Shown one piece after another: positions 10,082-20,515 of a stretch of DNA of 64,000 nucleotides. A program made the position numbers and the translations under genes. Source of the stretch: Promethearchaeota archaeon (lineage in GTDB: Archaea > Asgardarchaeota > Heimdallarchaeia > Hodarchaeales > Hodarchaeaceae); the NCBI GenBank assembly GCA_048938105.1, contig JBHLMN010000012.1:32001-96000 (forward strand), in the 5' to 3' direction. The notes beneath the pieces are model-generated. The model was not told the origin of the DNA, ran no database searches, and saw only the letters and a list, made by a program, of their open reading frames with translations. Position 1 is the first letter of the stretch, and each line of letters starts with the position of its first letter.

Positions 10082-10339
10082 CTACCCTCTAGAGACTCCT
10101 AGCTCATCTAACAAGTTAACAAAGTCCAAAACACTCATCTCAGCAATGGAAGCGGCACCTTCATAAAGTCGAAATTCAACAAATAATTTAATTGCCTCAA
10201 TCTGCTTTTTAGTACATTTATTCTTAATTAAATCCCAATTAACTGATTTTCGCCTTTCTTCTTTCGCCTCCTTCTCCCAAGCTTCAAAGTTTTCCATATA
10301 TTCTTCTGCCAATTTTCTTGCATTACTCATGATTACCAT
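10082..10339 (-). CDS. UPF0175-like small HTH protein, putative antitoxin
   Basis: C-terminal GAASIAEMSVLDFVNLLDELGV pattern; overlaps the PIN gene. Confidence 0.6.
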   Translation of the reverse strand: MVIMSNARKLAEEYMENFEAWEKEAKEERRKSVNWDLIKNKCTKKQIEAIKLFVEFRLYEGAASIAEMSVLDFVNLLDELGVSRG

Positions 10340-10823
10340 ACCTTTGTTTTATACGAAAAAGATCTTTGGTTGAGTAAGTGCCAAGGAGTTTATCAAAAAA
10401 ATCTATTTTAATCTTACCCAATTCTAATAATCGAGTAAAGAAATAAGTACCTCTGAATATTTTGACTTCGGAATATTCTTGATGATGTTTTCGTATATAC
10501 CAGGGGGCAAAATTATCACTAATAACGAGGAAATATCCCCGCGATAGAGACAGAACTAATGTTTCAATTTCACTAACATGTTTTCCAGCATATTGAGAGG
10601 AAAATTCTTCATGTAATACATTGAATCTTTCTCTTTCAGCTGTTGTCAATTCTTCTTTCGTCATACAATTCAATTTCTCTAAATCACGATGAAATTGAAA
10701 AGATTCCTTCCATACTTCTGGAGAAATTAATATTTCATCAAAAACATCACAAAGATACTTTATAACTTCCAATCTCTTTAGATTAACTAGAAAAGAAGTA
10801 TCTAGCACCGTTTTTTCTTTCAT
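10323..10823 (-). CDS. PIN-domain (VapC/DUF3368-like) ribonuclease toxin
   Basis: VLDTSFL, ISPEVWKE, SEIETL, VISDN acidic PIN motifs. Confidence 0.8.
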   Translation of the reverse strand: MKEKTVLDTSFLVNLKRLEVIKYLCDVFDEILISPEVWKESFQFHRDLEKLNCMTKEELTTAERERFNVLHEEFSSQYAGKHVSEIETLVLSLSRGYFLVISDNFAPWYIRKHHQEYSEVKIFRGTYFFTRLLELGKIKIDFFDKLLGTYSTKDLFRIKQRYGNHE

Positions 10824-10927
10824 TTCAACCTAAGGGAATTGTAAGATTTGAGAATTTATAAAGATATGTGGTTATCTTATGTTACAATTTAGATTTGTTG
10901 AAGTTTTTGGTGAATAATTTTGAACTA

Positions 10928-10955
10928 ATGTCGTAAAAGGTTGATTTGCCACATA
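10928..10955 (-). repeat. 28-bp dif-like site, copy 5
   Basis: Top strand ATGTCGTAAAA-GGTTGA-TTTGCCACATA; both arms recognisable. Confidence 0.75.
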
Positions 10956-11065
10956 TTAGTTTAAAAATGATATTTCAATAGTAATGTCTCTTGATCCCTT
11001 GGAAATTGCATCCCTGTTTCCTTATATTATAAAATAAGGAGAAAAATCATTTTAGACTATATTCA

Positions 11066-14000
11066 TTAATTTAAATACTCAGATTTTTTAATGATTATAA
11101 TTTCTTCTTTCTTATAATCAATTTCAATAGTTAATTTATTTTTTATCTTTATTACACTATAAATTAAATCTAGAAATTCGAGAGTCTCTTCAATATACCA
11201 CTTTGGTTTTAATTGCTTATCTAATATTAAATTTGGTTGAAGTAGTTTTTCCAATCTTAAAATTGAGGTTTCATTTTCATATATTTGAATATCTTGTAAA
11301 TTAGATAAAATGTGTGAATTCCATGGACAGGGGATTTTTTCAGAAAAGACATAGAAATAAAACTGATCTAATCTCTCAACAAGTTCAAGTATATCTGATG
11401 TCCATGGGTTTAGATTTCTACCCATTAATATAACACGTTTTTCGATATTATCGCATAATTCCTCAATAATTTTTAGAAATTCAATTTTTTGTTCTGTTTT
11501 CACTGTATTGAGGAATTTAATAATTCTAAAATAGTCTCGCAAATCTAAATTTGCTAATATTTCTCTCTCATCAATATTTGGAATAGGAATATAACTTTCA
11601 AAGCTTTTTAGTCTTTTATTTAAATCTTGAGGTAATCCTCGTCTCCATTTATTATCTCCAAACAATATTCTTGTATAATTAAAAATAAAATTCTTTAATT
11701 TTTCTTCAAGAATGACTTTAATTTTGTTAATCGCTAAATCAAAATTATTACTTTCTACATTTCTCCTGATATCATTGAGAAGAATTTTATCCTCTCTCCA
11801 AATTCCCTTTCCCTTCAATGAAAACCAAATATCCCACTGTACAAACCTTTTTAATCTTGAAACCAAGTCCTTAATTGTTGACAAGTAATCTGAAATTAAT
11901 CTAGTTTTATCATCTAAAGAAGGACTTATTTTTAACATAAAAGATTTTAATAATTTTGCAAAATACGTGACTACTTCCAATTCATACCAAGAATTTTCAT
12001 GAAATTCTAATGCTTCTTCGTAATTCTGTACTTCGGAATCACATTGAATTACATAAGCCATTAAGAGCGAAGAAAATGATTCTTGAATTATTTCAACATT
12101 AAATTTCGCTAATGATGATTCTTTGGCAATTCGTAATGATTTGGAGAATTGATATACTTCTTTATACCCTCTGGCTGCACTGACTAATTTTTCAATAAAA
12201 GCACTTCCATATTCTTCTCCCCTCTTAATTGTATTCTCAAGGGCTAGTAATACTTCATCTTCATATTCTTCGGGTATTTCTTTAACAAAGTAAAGAGATG
12301 GAATAATATTGACAGGATTTACACTATAGATATGGTTTATTTTATTGAAATAGTCATTACAATTTTCATTTATAGTCCATGATGGTTCCTGATCCGTTTC
12401 TTTCTTTATTAACAGTCCAACGGAGAAAAGATGAATAATTAATTCTCTGTTCTTAAGAAAATCGTAACTTCCCTCAATAATCGGATCACTCAACCATATA
12501 TCTTCTAAAACTTTAATTAATCGTTCAAATGTATCACGATTTGATTCTGTTCTCGTTTTAAGTTCTTGAAAAGCCTTATGTAATTGGTTATGGCTTCTTT
12601 CAATATCTTTTCTTGCATTTCTTATTTCAACATCATCTTCTCTTATTGTTATTGAATCTTCTGTAAATTCCAATCGTTTAAATCTCTTGATAAGAATTTC
12701 AATATAATCACGAAAAGTCTTGATCGGACGACCAGGATGTTTTTCCATTTTGGACAATCTAACTAAGTAATCTCTTGTGATAGAAGGAGCATTCTCGACC
12801 TCAATTGAAAATACTTTGAGTCTATGATTTATCATTGCTAAAGCTTCATCAATAGTAACTGAAGACATTGGATGATAATCATCAACACTCCCAGATATTG
12901 ATCTATCTCCCTTTATTCTCTGCGAAAGCTCATCAATCGCAGAAAAAAAGAAAGAAGTAGAGATTTCATGAGAAAAATCTTTTCTATAAATTTGAAGAGA
13001 TGTTATAAATCCAATAATCTCTTCCATATACTCTCCAATACTTGAATGCTTGTAGATATCTTCAATGAAAATTATTAATGCCTTTTTAACCGTTGATAAG
13101 GTTTTAAGCATAATAAGGCAATCTTCTTCAGGATCTATTTCTTCTGGAGTATAATCAAATTCATTTTGATGTACTTTTTTCAAGTGTGAACGTAATTTTA
13201 CGAAAAATTTTCTCTTTATTTCAACTACTCGCTCTCTTGCGTCTAAAGAAAAGATTATCACAATTGTATCATTATAATGCAGATTGATTAATCGATTCAT
13301 ATATTGAAATAATGTTGTTTTTCCAGATCCAAAAGCACCGTAAACACACATTGTTATGTTCTTAATGGAGGAAAAATTCCTTAGAATCGCATGTTTGAAT
13401 TGGTTTATCGAATTTGTTGGATAGATTATTTCATCATAGTATTCAGGATTAATATTACTTAATCCATCTTTAGATGGAAAAGGATTTTCTTTCAAACCAA
13501 GCCGTTTATACCAATCTAAATATTCAATGTTATCCTCGACTTCTTCTGAGGGAAGAGGAGGAAGGAATTCAACAGGACGATCTTTATATCGTTCTATAAC
13601 TGAGGCACTTCTCTTTCTATATTTTTCGAGTTCTTTAGTCATTGTAGATAATTCTTTTTGTAATTCAATTAATTTAATATCCTTTCTACGTCTTGAAAGA
13701 TGATCCTGAATGCTCTCTTCTCGTGATTCAAAGTATCTTTCATTATAATAATCTAATATTCGATTATGATAATACTGAATTTGTTTTAAAAGAAAAATTT
13801 CTTTCAAAGCTTCATATAATTTTTCAAAATTGATAATTAAATCCTTTGAAATTAAATATTTCAGAAAATTTAAAGCAAAATCCTCAATATTAAGGCTAGA
13901 AACAGATTTCATTTGCTTTCTAATTGTTATCAATTCTTCTTTTGAGTTCGCTCTTGTAATCTTCTTTTGATTTCTATAAAAAAAGATTTCTAATTCTTTT

Positions 14001-15013
14001 GTGATTTCATAATCCTTTAGAGGATCAGAAATTTCTTCAGAAATTTCTTTCTCTCTATAAGGTAAGCTAAACCTTATGATACCATCTTTCCTTGCTTCTG
14101 GAGAAACTGAAGTATCACTTGGGCAAAAATTAAGGCCTCTTTCAGTATGAAAATAAGAATGAATCCCTCTAGCGGTATATGGATCATAATCAAGAATAGA
14201 GAATCTATACCTATATTTTTCTGGATTCCTCTTTTCAGGTAAATAAAGTGTCCCCATAATGAATGTTATATATTCTCTTTCTCTAGAAATTTCTTTTTTT
14301 ATATAAGAATCAGGATAATGCTCATGGCCAACAACTACTATATCAAAACTTTTCCCAATTTTCATTTCTAAGTTGCGACGATTGTTAGGATATAAGCAAT
14401 GAGGGGGATGGTGTTGTACTAAAATAGACAAATTAAAATCATTTTTATCTTTAAAGGTATCTTTGATACCGTCAATATGAATAAAGGATGGCAATTTATC
14501 TTGGGCTAAAGAATTTGCTAAACATGAATTGAGCGATGTGATATTTATCTTGAATTTACTAATATCTACGGTTTTAGTGTAACCAAAAATTGAGTGTTTT
14601 TCGCATAAAAATCGTTCTTGAAATCTGATATAATTACTGAAGGCGTTATCTACATGAACTTTAAAATCAGAGGAGGAGAAAATTTCTTCAAATTTCATAC
14701 TATTTGGTGTTTCTATATATTTAAAAGCTGTACCTAATGAATCACGGTTATAGTCATGATTTCCAGGTGTAAAGAAGAATCTAGAGCTATCAATATTAAG
14801 ACTGTGTCTTAATCTTTCAAAAAAGAGTAACGCCTTATCATATTGATCAACTTTCCCTTCTGATGTAATGTCTCCTGGTACAACGACTAAGTCAACTCTA
14901 TTTTCAGCTACAATCATTTGATCAAAATGGTTAATAATTTTATCGAAAATTCTGTCTTGTAGATTATCATTACTAACCATATGAAGATCTGAAAAGATAG
15001 CTATTGTAACCAA
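11066..15013 (-). CDS. Calcineurin-like metallophosphoesterase fused to a P-loop ATPase with a long helical C-terminus
   Basis: All five MPE motifs (SDLH, PGDIT, PGNHD, QHHP, GHEH); LGLKENPF; Walker A GAFGSGKTT; Walker B IIFIED. Confidence 0.85.
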   Translation of the reverse strand: MVTIAIFSDLHMVSNDNLQDRIFDKIINHFDQMIVAENRVDLVVVPGDITSEGKVDQYDKALLFFERLRHSLNIDSSRFFFTPGNHDYNRDSLGTAFKYIETPNSMKFEEIFSSSDFKVHVDNAFSNYIRFQERFLCEKHSIFGYTKTVDISKFKINITSLNSCLANSLAQDKLPSFIHIDGIKDTFKDKNDFNLSILVQHHPPHCLYPNNRRNLEMKIGKSFDIVVVGHEHYPDSYIKKEISREREYITFIMGTLYLPEKRNPEKYRYRFSILDYDPYTARGIHSYFHTERGLNFCPSDTSVSPEARKDGIIRFSLPYREKEISEEISDPLKDYEITKELEIFFYRNQKKITRANSKEELITIRKQMKSVSSLNIEDFALNFLKYLISKDLIINFEKLYEALKEIFLLKQIQYYHNRILDYYNERYFESREESIQDHLSRRRKDIKLIELQKELSTMTKELEKYRKRSASVIERYKDRPVEFLPPLPSEEVEDNIEYLDWYKRLGLKENPFPSKDGLSNINPEYYDEIIYPTNSINQFKHAILRNFSSIKNITMCVYGAFGSGKTTLFQYMNRLINLHYNDTIVIIFSLDARERVVEIKRKFFVKLRSHLKKVHQNEFDYTPEEIDPEEDCLIMLKTLSTVKKALIIFIEDIYKHSSIGEYMEEIIGFITSLQIYRKDFSHEISTSFFFSAIDELSQRIKGDRSISGSVDDYHPMSSVTIDEALAMINHRLKVFSIEVENAPSITRDYLVRLSKMEKHPGRPIKTFRDYIEILIKRFKRLEFTEDSITIREDDVEIRNARKDIERSHNQLHKAFQELKTRTESNRDTFERLIKVLEDIWLSDPIIEGSYDFLKNRELIIHLFSVGLLIKKETDQEPSWTINENCNDYFNKINHIYSVNPVNIIPSLYFVKEIPEEYEDEVLLALENTIKRGEEYGSAFIEKLVSAARGYKEVYQFSKSLRIAKESSLAKFNVEIIQESFSSLLMAYVIQCDSEVQNYEEALEFHENSWYELEVVTYFAKLLKSFMLKISPSLDDKTRLISDYLSTIKDLVSRLKRFVQWDIWFSLKGKGIWREDKILLNDIRRNVESNNFDLAINKIKVILEEKLKNFIFNYTRILFGDNKWRRGLPQDLNKRLKSFESYIPIPNIDEREILANLDLRDYFRIIKFLNTVKTEQKIEFLKIIEELCDNIEKRVILMGRNLNPWTSDILELVERLDQFYFYVFSEKIPCPWNSHILSNLQDIQIYENETSILRLEKLLQPNLILDKQLKPKWYIEETLEFLDLIYSVIKIKNKLTIEIDYKKEEIIIIKKSEYLN

Positions 15014-15287
15014 TGATGGATCTCACCCCATCAATTAATTCTAATAGATGTTACAAGTATTCGTATATTATTATTGAATCATAATTTAAAAGCTTAACTT
15101 GGGTCTCGGTGTCTTTTAATTTTAGGTTGTATATAGATAATGTCAAATAGTTTCATAAAGATAATAGAATAAAATAATTACAATTATGACAATAGTTTTT
15201 GTAATAAATTATCATTATAAATTAAGATGGGATAGTTTAAAAGAGGCTTCTTTGATCTAACTAAACCACCTTGAGGGAAGTAAAAGA

Positions 15288-16661
15288 ATGAATCAGAGGG
15301 GTTATTCTTCTAATAACCAGATTTCCAAGTTCAAGTCTTTATTGAAAGAATATCCTTGGGACTTCATGGGATTTCTAATCCTTGCATTACTTATCCCCCG
15401 AATCTATAGTTTGACAAACACTTTTTGGGTTGGCCATATTGATTATAGTGCTCTTGCAATAGCAGAACAGTATGAATTTATGGGGATTCTAATAGAGATC
15501 GTGAATGAAACACTTCCTTTTGGTATCCTAGCGTTAGTAAGCCAGAATTTTAAGAGTCGGGAGAATATTGTGAAACAACTTGTTGCTGGTATAGCTTTAC
15601 AATTAATCCTTTCAATTAGTATGGCAGCATTAATCTTTCTCAATATCAACCAGTTTGTTGATTTCATAGGGACTGCACCTGAGCTAGTAGATCAAACCAT
15701 CTCTTACCTATCCTTACGAGCTATAGCGCTTCCCTTTACGTCAATGGCTCTACTTTTAATCGTTGGATTAAAGTCAATGGATCGAGCAAAGCTAGCTTTA
15801 GGAATTGTGTGTGTGAATGTTGCTATTAACATGTTATTAGACCTGTTTTTGGTCTCACAACTCCCCTTTTCCCTCCAATTAGGACTAAATGGTGTAGCTT
15901 TAGGCTATTTACTCTCAAATATCACTTACTTCATAGTTTCAACAATAACGTCTGTCCGAACACTCCAACTCAATAGAACAGACCTCACAACCAACCACAT
16001 TAAAAGCCAAACAAAACCCCTATTCACCATTGGGGGATGGACTGGAATAGACTCGTTTGTACGGAATTTCTTTTACTTTTTTGTTCTCCAGATTCTGAAT
16101 TTTATGGGTCCTAACCAATTTGCTGGATTTCAACTCTTTCAGCGCCTAATGTGGACAGTGTTAATACCAGTGATTGCACTCGCGGATGGTACAAGTATTC
16201 GTGTCGGAAATTACTTAAAAACAGACACAGCAAACCGAAATATTCCCCGTTTGCTATTCATGTCTTGTCTTCTTGCATTTGCTATTGTTGGCGGATTTGG
16301 ATTAACAGGACTTGTAACGATAGACGCAATGGGCTATATTTTCACTAAAAACCCAGATGTTGTACGCTACTCTAGCGAAATGTTCTTTTGGCAGATAATT
16401 CCTTATATGCTATTTGCAGTAGCCATGAACTTACGCGGATTATTCTTTGGAACGGGTAAAACGTACTATATCTTAATTATCAGTATAATCCTCAATCTGG
16501 CTATTATTTTCCCATTCTTCATCATGATTGATGCTGCTATTCTCCCACAGGCGTTTGGAACGATTATGTTGATGTTTGTTCTTGTTGATGTAGTTGACAT
16601 TGTGGTAACCTATACATTAGTTCATAGATTATTGGGCCGTCTCTTCCTCAAACAGTACTGA
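15288..16661 (+). CDS. MATE-family efflux transporter
   Basis: About 12 hydrophobic segments; NMLLDLFL, LGLNGVALG, TSIRVGNYL, FFGTGKT motifs. Confidence 0.9.
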   Translation: MNQRGYSSNNQISKFKSLLKEYPWDFMGFLILALLIPRIYSLTNTFWVGHIDYSALAIAEQYEFMGILIEIVNETLPFGILALVSQNFKSRENIVKQLVAGIALQLILSISMAALIFLNINQFVDFIGTAPELVDQTISYLSLRAIALPFTSMALLLIVGLKSMDRAKLALGIVCVNVAINMLLDLFLVSQLPFSLQLGLNGVALGYLLSNITYFIVSTITSVRTLQLNRTDLTTNHIKSQTKPLFTIGGWTGIDSFVRNFFYFFVLQILNFMGPNQFAGFQLFQRLMWTVLIPVIALADGTSIRVGNYLKTDTANRNIPRLLFMSCLLAFAIVGGFGLTGLVTIDAMGYIFTKNPDVVRYSSEMFFWQIIPYMLFAVAMNLRGLFFGTGKTYYILIISIILNLAIIFPFFIMIDAAILPQAFGTIMLMFVLVDVVDIVVTYTLVHRLLGRLFLKQY

Positions 16662-16675
16662 AACAAAAACCTAAT

Positions 16676-17650
16676 TCATTTTTCTTTTTCGTGCATCGAG
16701 GGTCTTGATCCAGAGGGATATTGAATATTTTCCTGCATAATAACAGTATTATAATAACTTTGAGTATTATCATAAGATCTTAAACAATTAACTTCTTCTA
16801 TTAATTCTAAAAATGATTTTAATTTTAGTCGCTGATAATTTTTGTCATAATTCTGGATAAGCGAGTTAAGATGATTGAAATGGACATAACTCCAATCATC
16901 AGGAGAACTCTCTACCAACTGAAGTCGTTCTTTGATACGATTTTGAAAGATCTTTTGGGGAAGGATTCGAAGATGGTTAACAAATACATTTGGTTCGTTA
17001 GGAGGAAGATAAACTTTATTCTTATGAATAAAACGATGGAATCCTGATACAGTACGGAGTTCAGAAATAAGGGGAAGTGTCTGATCCGAAACATGTAGAA
17101 TATAGTCCTTATAGAAAGGGTCTCCCCATAAATCACTGATCTTCCCTTTTAGAGCTTGGTTTCTAACTAAATTAAGGATTTGCTTGGGAGTCAAATCAGC
17201 TTGAAAAAGATTAGGAGTAAGATACCAGTCAAAAAAAATCGTCCGTAACACAGGATATTGAGTATATTGATCAAGAAACTGTGAGAAATTTTGAAAAGAA
17301 TCTAACCATATAAACTCATCTGCATCAGGAAAAACCCACCAATTATCATCAGAATGGACGCTTTTTCCAACCACCCAGTCAAGTATAAAATTACAAAAAG
17401 TAGTTTGTTGTTGATAGTTAGAATGTCTGTATTTTGGGTCAAACAGAACAAGGTGAACTAGGTTAGTCTCTGATTCCCACTTCCTAACAATATCTAATGT
17501 TCCATCTTTGGATCCACAATCAAAAAGATATATCCTATCTGCTCCTAATGTCTGATAATGATGAAAAAAGGTTTCAAGAAGATATTTCTCATTCAATGTT
17601 CTTAAGACAATGTATAGAGGCATGATAACACAGCTATATTTTCTGTACAA
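16676..17650 (-). CDS. Glycosyltransferase family 2 (GT-A fold)
   Basis: RTLNEKYLLETFFHHY, FDCGSKDGT, WWVFPDADEF (DxD). Confidence 0.85.
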   Translation of the reverse strand: MYRKYSCVIMPLYIVLRTLNEKYLLETFFHHYQTLGADRIYLFDCGSKDGTLDIVRKWESETNLVHLVLFDPKYRHSNYQQQTTFCNFILDWVVGKSVHSDDNWWVFPDADEFIWLDSFQNFSQFLDQYTQYPVLRTIFFDWYLTPNLFQADLTPKQILNLVRNQALKGKISDLWGDPFYKDYILHVSDQTLPLISELRTVSGFHRFIHKNKVYLPPNEPNVFVNHLRILPQKIFQNRIKERLQLVESSPDDWSYVHFNHLNSLIQNYDKNYQRLKLKSFLELIEEVNCLRSYDNTQSYYNTVIMQENIQYPSGSRPSMHEKEK

Positions 17651-17679
17651 TTAAAGTAGTAAGGTTAATGATTCTTTGT

Positions 17680-18474
17680 TTATTCCTTAATTCTAATTAG
17701 TTCCTCTACTTCTGTTGTGAGAAATGTCAGTTGTGAAAGCATACTGATACACTGGTAAGGAGAGAGAAGTTTTGTACTATGTTGAGCTCGATTCCGTAGT
17801 TCCCGTAAGAAATGAAATCCATGAAAAAATGTCTGTAAGATTGTCTTCCGATCATCTGACATTGATAATTTTGCTTGAATCATATGGAGTACATTCATTA
17901 AGTCAGACCACCGATCATGTGTATTAATATAACTCCGAATATCTCCCATCCCTTTCGTACCTTTAAAGATAGTTGGAATAGTTTGTCTGATCACAGTAAA
18001 GAAGAAAAACTCTGACACTAATGCTAGTTTTGAAGCAGCTGTTGAATCATCGCTCTCTATTATTGCACGCAGTGCATAAAAATATTCGTCCTGATGTTCC
18101 TCATCCAGATATTGAAGGATATTAAACATTGTATTTCCATTAAATTGATTTGCTAGAATTACACAGGGATCGTTATTCCCAATGTAGCTTCTTGATTGAA
18201 CACCTCTCAACTTAATATAATGTTCCTCTCGTGTGAGTTGAAATACATTCGTTCCCAATGAAACATTACCAGAAGAAAACTTCAATATAACTGATTCAAT
18301 TTTCCCTTTTATATTATTTGTCACCAAATATTCATATTCTTTGTGCTTGACGTAGTTAAATCCTTCTTCAGGGTACATATGGTCAAGGAAAGATTCTAGT
18401 GTGTCAATAGCAGTGTTCAGAGGAAATATCAACACAATTTTATCTTCTAGCTGCACAAACATGGAATTTTCCAC
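17680..18474 (-). CDS. Hypothetical protein with C-terminal HEPN-like domain
   Basis: LRELRNRAQH = Rx4H motif in a helical C-terminus. Confidence 0.6.
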   Translation of the reverse strand: MENSMFVQLEDKIVLIFPLNTAIDTLESFLDHMYPEEGFNYVKHKEYEYLVTNNIKGKIESVILKFSSGNVSLGTNVFQLTREEHYIKLRGVQSRSYIGNNDPCVILANQFNGNTMFNILQYLDEEHQDEYFYALRAIIESDDSTAASKLALVSEFFFFTVIRQTIPTIFKGTKGMGDIRSYINTHDRWSDLMNVLHMIQAKLSMSDDRKTILQTFFHGFHFLRELRNRAQHSTKLLSPYQCISMLSQLTFLTTEVEELIRIKE

Positions 18475-18608
18475 CTAATTAGTTGTCCCCATTTTTTAAT
18501 AAATTTTTAACCTATCTATTCAAATTATTTGGAATTATTTTAAAAAGGAACACACTGCATTATAACCAGAAATAAACTCGAAACAGATAATCTTTACATG
18601 AGTCAGTA

Positions 18609-18636
18609 ACGGTGTTAATCCAACCTTTTGCGACAC
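18609..18636 (+). repeat. 28-bp dif-like site, copy 6
   Basis: ACGGTGTTAAT-CCAACC-TTTTGCGACAC. Confidence 0.7.
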
Positions 18637-18843
18637 ATAATCAATAAGGAACTCAGATATAGATTTAAAACTCTAAATTATCCTATTATCCTCACACACA
18701 TTACACCCAATGAATGATTCTTGTTTTAATACTAAATGAGAAAGCTAAAGATAGAGATTAGGATGCCAGGGATAGTCCATAGTTTGATAATTCGATAAAA
18801 AGAAAGGAATGGATTTCGAATATTTTCTGATGTAGCTGGTGAG

Positions 18844-19890
18844 TTAAGGATCTAGAGAATGAATTTTCCTTTCAGAGTCAACCAATCGTATTTTATGTTC
18901 TGAAACATCCTCCATCCTTCGACCCCGCCATGTCCAACTAAGATAATATTCACCTGATTGAGAGGTTAATCTAACAACAGCAGAATAAGCGAGTAAACTG
19001 AGGAGAAGAGACCGAATCCGTTCAAGATCAAGCTGCTTACTCACTTCTTTTTCAATCCTACTTTTATATCCAGGTTTTTTAATATGAATTGCTTCAATTC
19101 CTTCTTGAATCGCTGATTTGCATTGATCTTTATCATTAGTAATAAATAAAATAGGAAGACTCGTATTTTGACGAATGAAGTCAACTTCATAACGAATAAG
19201 GCTATCGTGAACAGCATTTAGAAAAGGACTTTGTTCAAGAACTTTAGGGGAGTGGAGGACATGACTTGGTTTTACAATAATAACTGGTGCCCACTTATGT
19301 AAAGCGTCAACTTCATAAGTACCTTTCAATCCAAGTCTTCCTCTTTCATTTGATAGACTGGTCATAAGATCAGGAGTATATTTACCAAATCTAGAATTCC
19401 AAAGGTCCGCTAAGAGTGGCCAAGTTTGAACTGCTTGTTCAAAGAAATTTTCCACATCGGATGGAAGGCGAGAGGAATAGGTAAAAGGTCTCATACTATG
19501 AATTTCATATTGAATTGAACGTGCAAACAAAACCAAAACTGGGACAATATCATGGGGGCTTACAGCTAATCTCTTAAGAAATTTTGTTAAGAATCCTGGA
19601 ATGATTAAGTTTGTATCAGGTGCAATCCCTTTTACTCGATGAGGAAGAGTTTCTCTCCTAACCCATTCTTCAAGCTCATTTTCAGATTCACTAAAAATCA
19701 AATCAGCTTCCCAGTAAAGATGAGCTAAATCATTCTTATTCCAATTGGGAGAAGAACAGATTTCTTTTCGGGTTTTATCATAACAGATTTGCAGATCAAC
19801 CCATTCCCAAGAGGATTCTTGAATGACATGGAATTTCCAACAGGGATTCTCCGAAAAACACTCATTGAGAAGATTAATAAGAAGCTTCAT
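18844..19890 (-). CDS. PIN-domain protein (putative RNase effector)
   Basis: GIAPDTNLII, IQYEI, HDSLIRYE, LFITNDKD acidic PIN pattern; ATGA-type 4-bp overlap with the CARF gene. Confidence 0.65.
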   Translation of the reverse strand: MKLLINLLNECFSENPCWKFHVIQESSWEWVDLQICYDKTRKEICSSPNWNKNDLAHLYWEADLIFSESENELEEWVRRETLPHRVKGIAPDTNLIIPGFLTKFLKRLAVSPHDIVPVLVLFARSIQYEIHSMRPFTYSSRLPSDVENFFEQAVQTWPLLADLWNSRFGKYTPDLMTSLSNERGRLGLKGTYEVDALHKWAPVIIVKPSHVLHSPKVLEQSPFLNAVHDSLIRYEVDFIRQNTSLPILFITNDKDQCKSAIQEGIEAIHIKKPGYKSRIEKEVSKQLDLERIRSLLLSLLAYSAVVRLTSQSGEYYLSWTWRGRRMEDVSEHKIRLVDSERKIHSLDP

Positions 19891-20471
19891 TTACGAACCA
19901 TCCGAACATTGTCATCTAATTGTTCAAGTGAGGTAAAAATCGTTTCATAAGCATCGAAACCGAGTTCATAAAGCATTTTATTCAAATTATCAGGAGTAAA
20001 ACGTTTAAGCCAGTAATAGGCAATGTCATAAGAACAATTAGGTCTATTTTGCTTCAGGATAATAATACTTAACAAAGCTGAACCAGTCATAATCTTACGT
20101 CCTGCAGTTATGTCAAAAATTACACGATCGCCATCTTGAATAATCTTGTTTGCAGCTGAAACAATTAAAGGAACATTTGCACCAAGATCATGTTCGTAAA
20201 TATCTATCAACTCGTGATCTTGTGAGTGAATCCTAATATTTATTATTGATTGAAGTTTGTCAAGATTTCGAGTATTAGCTTGGAATCGTTCGATTACTTG
20301 ATTAATATCACTTGAAGTACGATCGGGAAACGGTTGGTCTTCTGAAGATCCTATGAAAAAATAACAATCAACTCTTATCCCCTCATCTAGTGTTAAAAGA
20401 TGAGATGCCATGGCATTAGCAACTGCTTGAGGAGTAGTACCAACAGTAAAAAACATTTTGATTGAACCCAT
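19887..20471 (-). CDS. Stand-alone CARF-domain protein
   Basis: CARF motif I FFTVGTTPQAV and motif II IFDITAGRKIM. Confidence 0.85.
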   Translation of the reverse strand: MGSIKMFFTVGTTPQAVANAMASHLLTLDEGIRVDCYFFIGSSEDQPFPDRTSSDINQVIERFQANTRNLDKLQSIINIRIHSQDHELIDIYEHDLGANVPLIVSAANKIIQDGDRVIFDITAGRKIMTGSALLSIIILKQNRPNCSYDIAYYWLKRFTPDNLNKMLYELGFDAYETIFTSLEQLDDNVRMVRK

Positions 20472-20515
20472 TAAGGAACACCTTTATTTAATTGCTTAAA
20501 ACTATTAATCAATTC

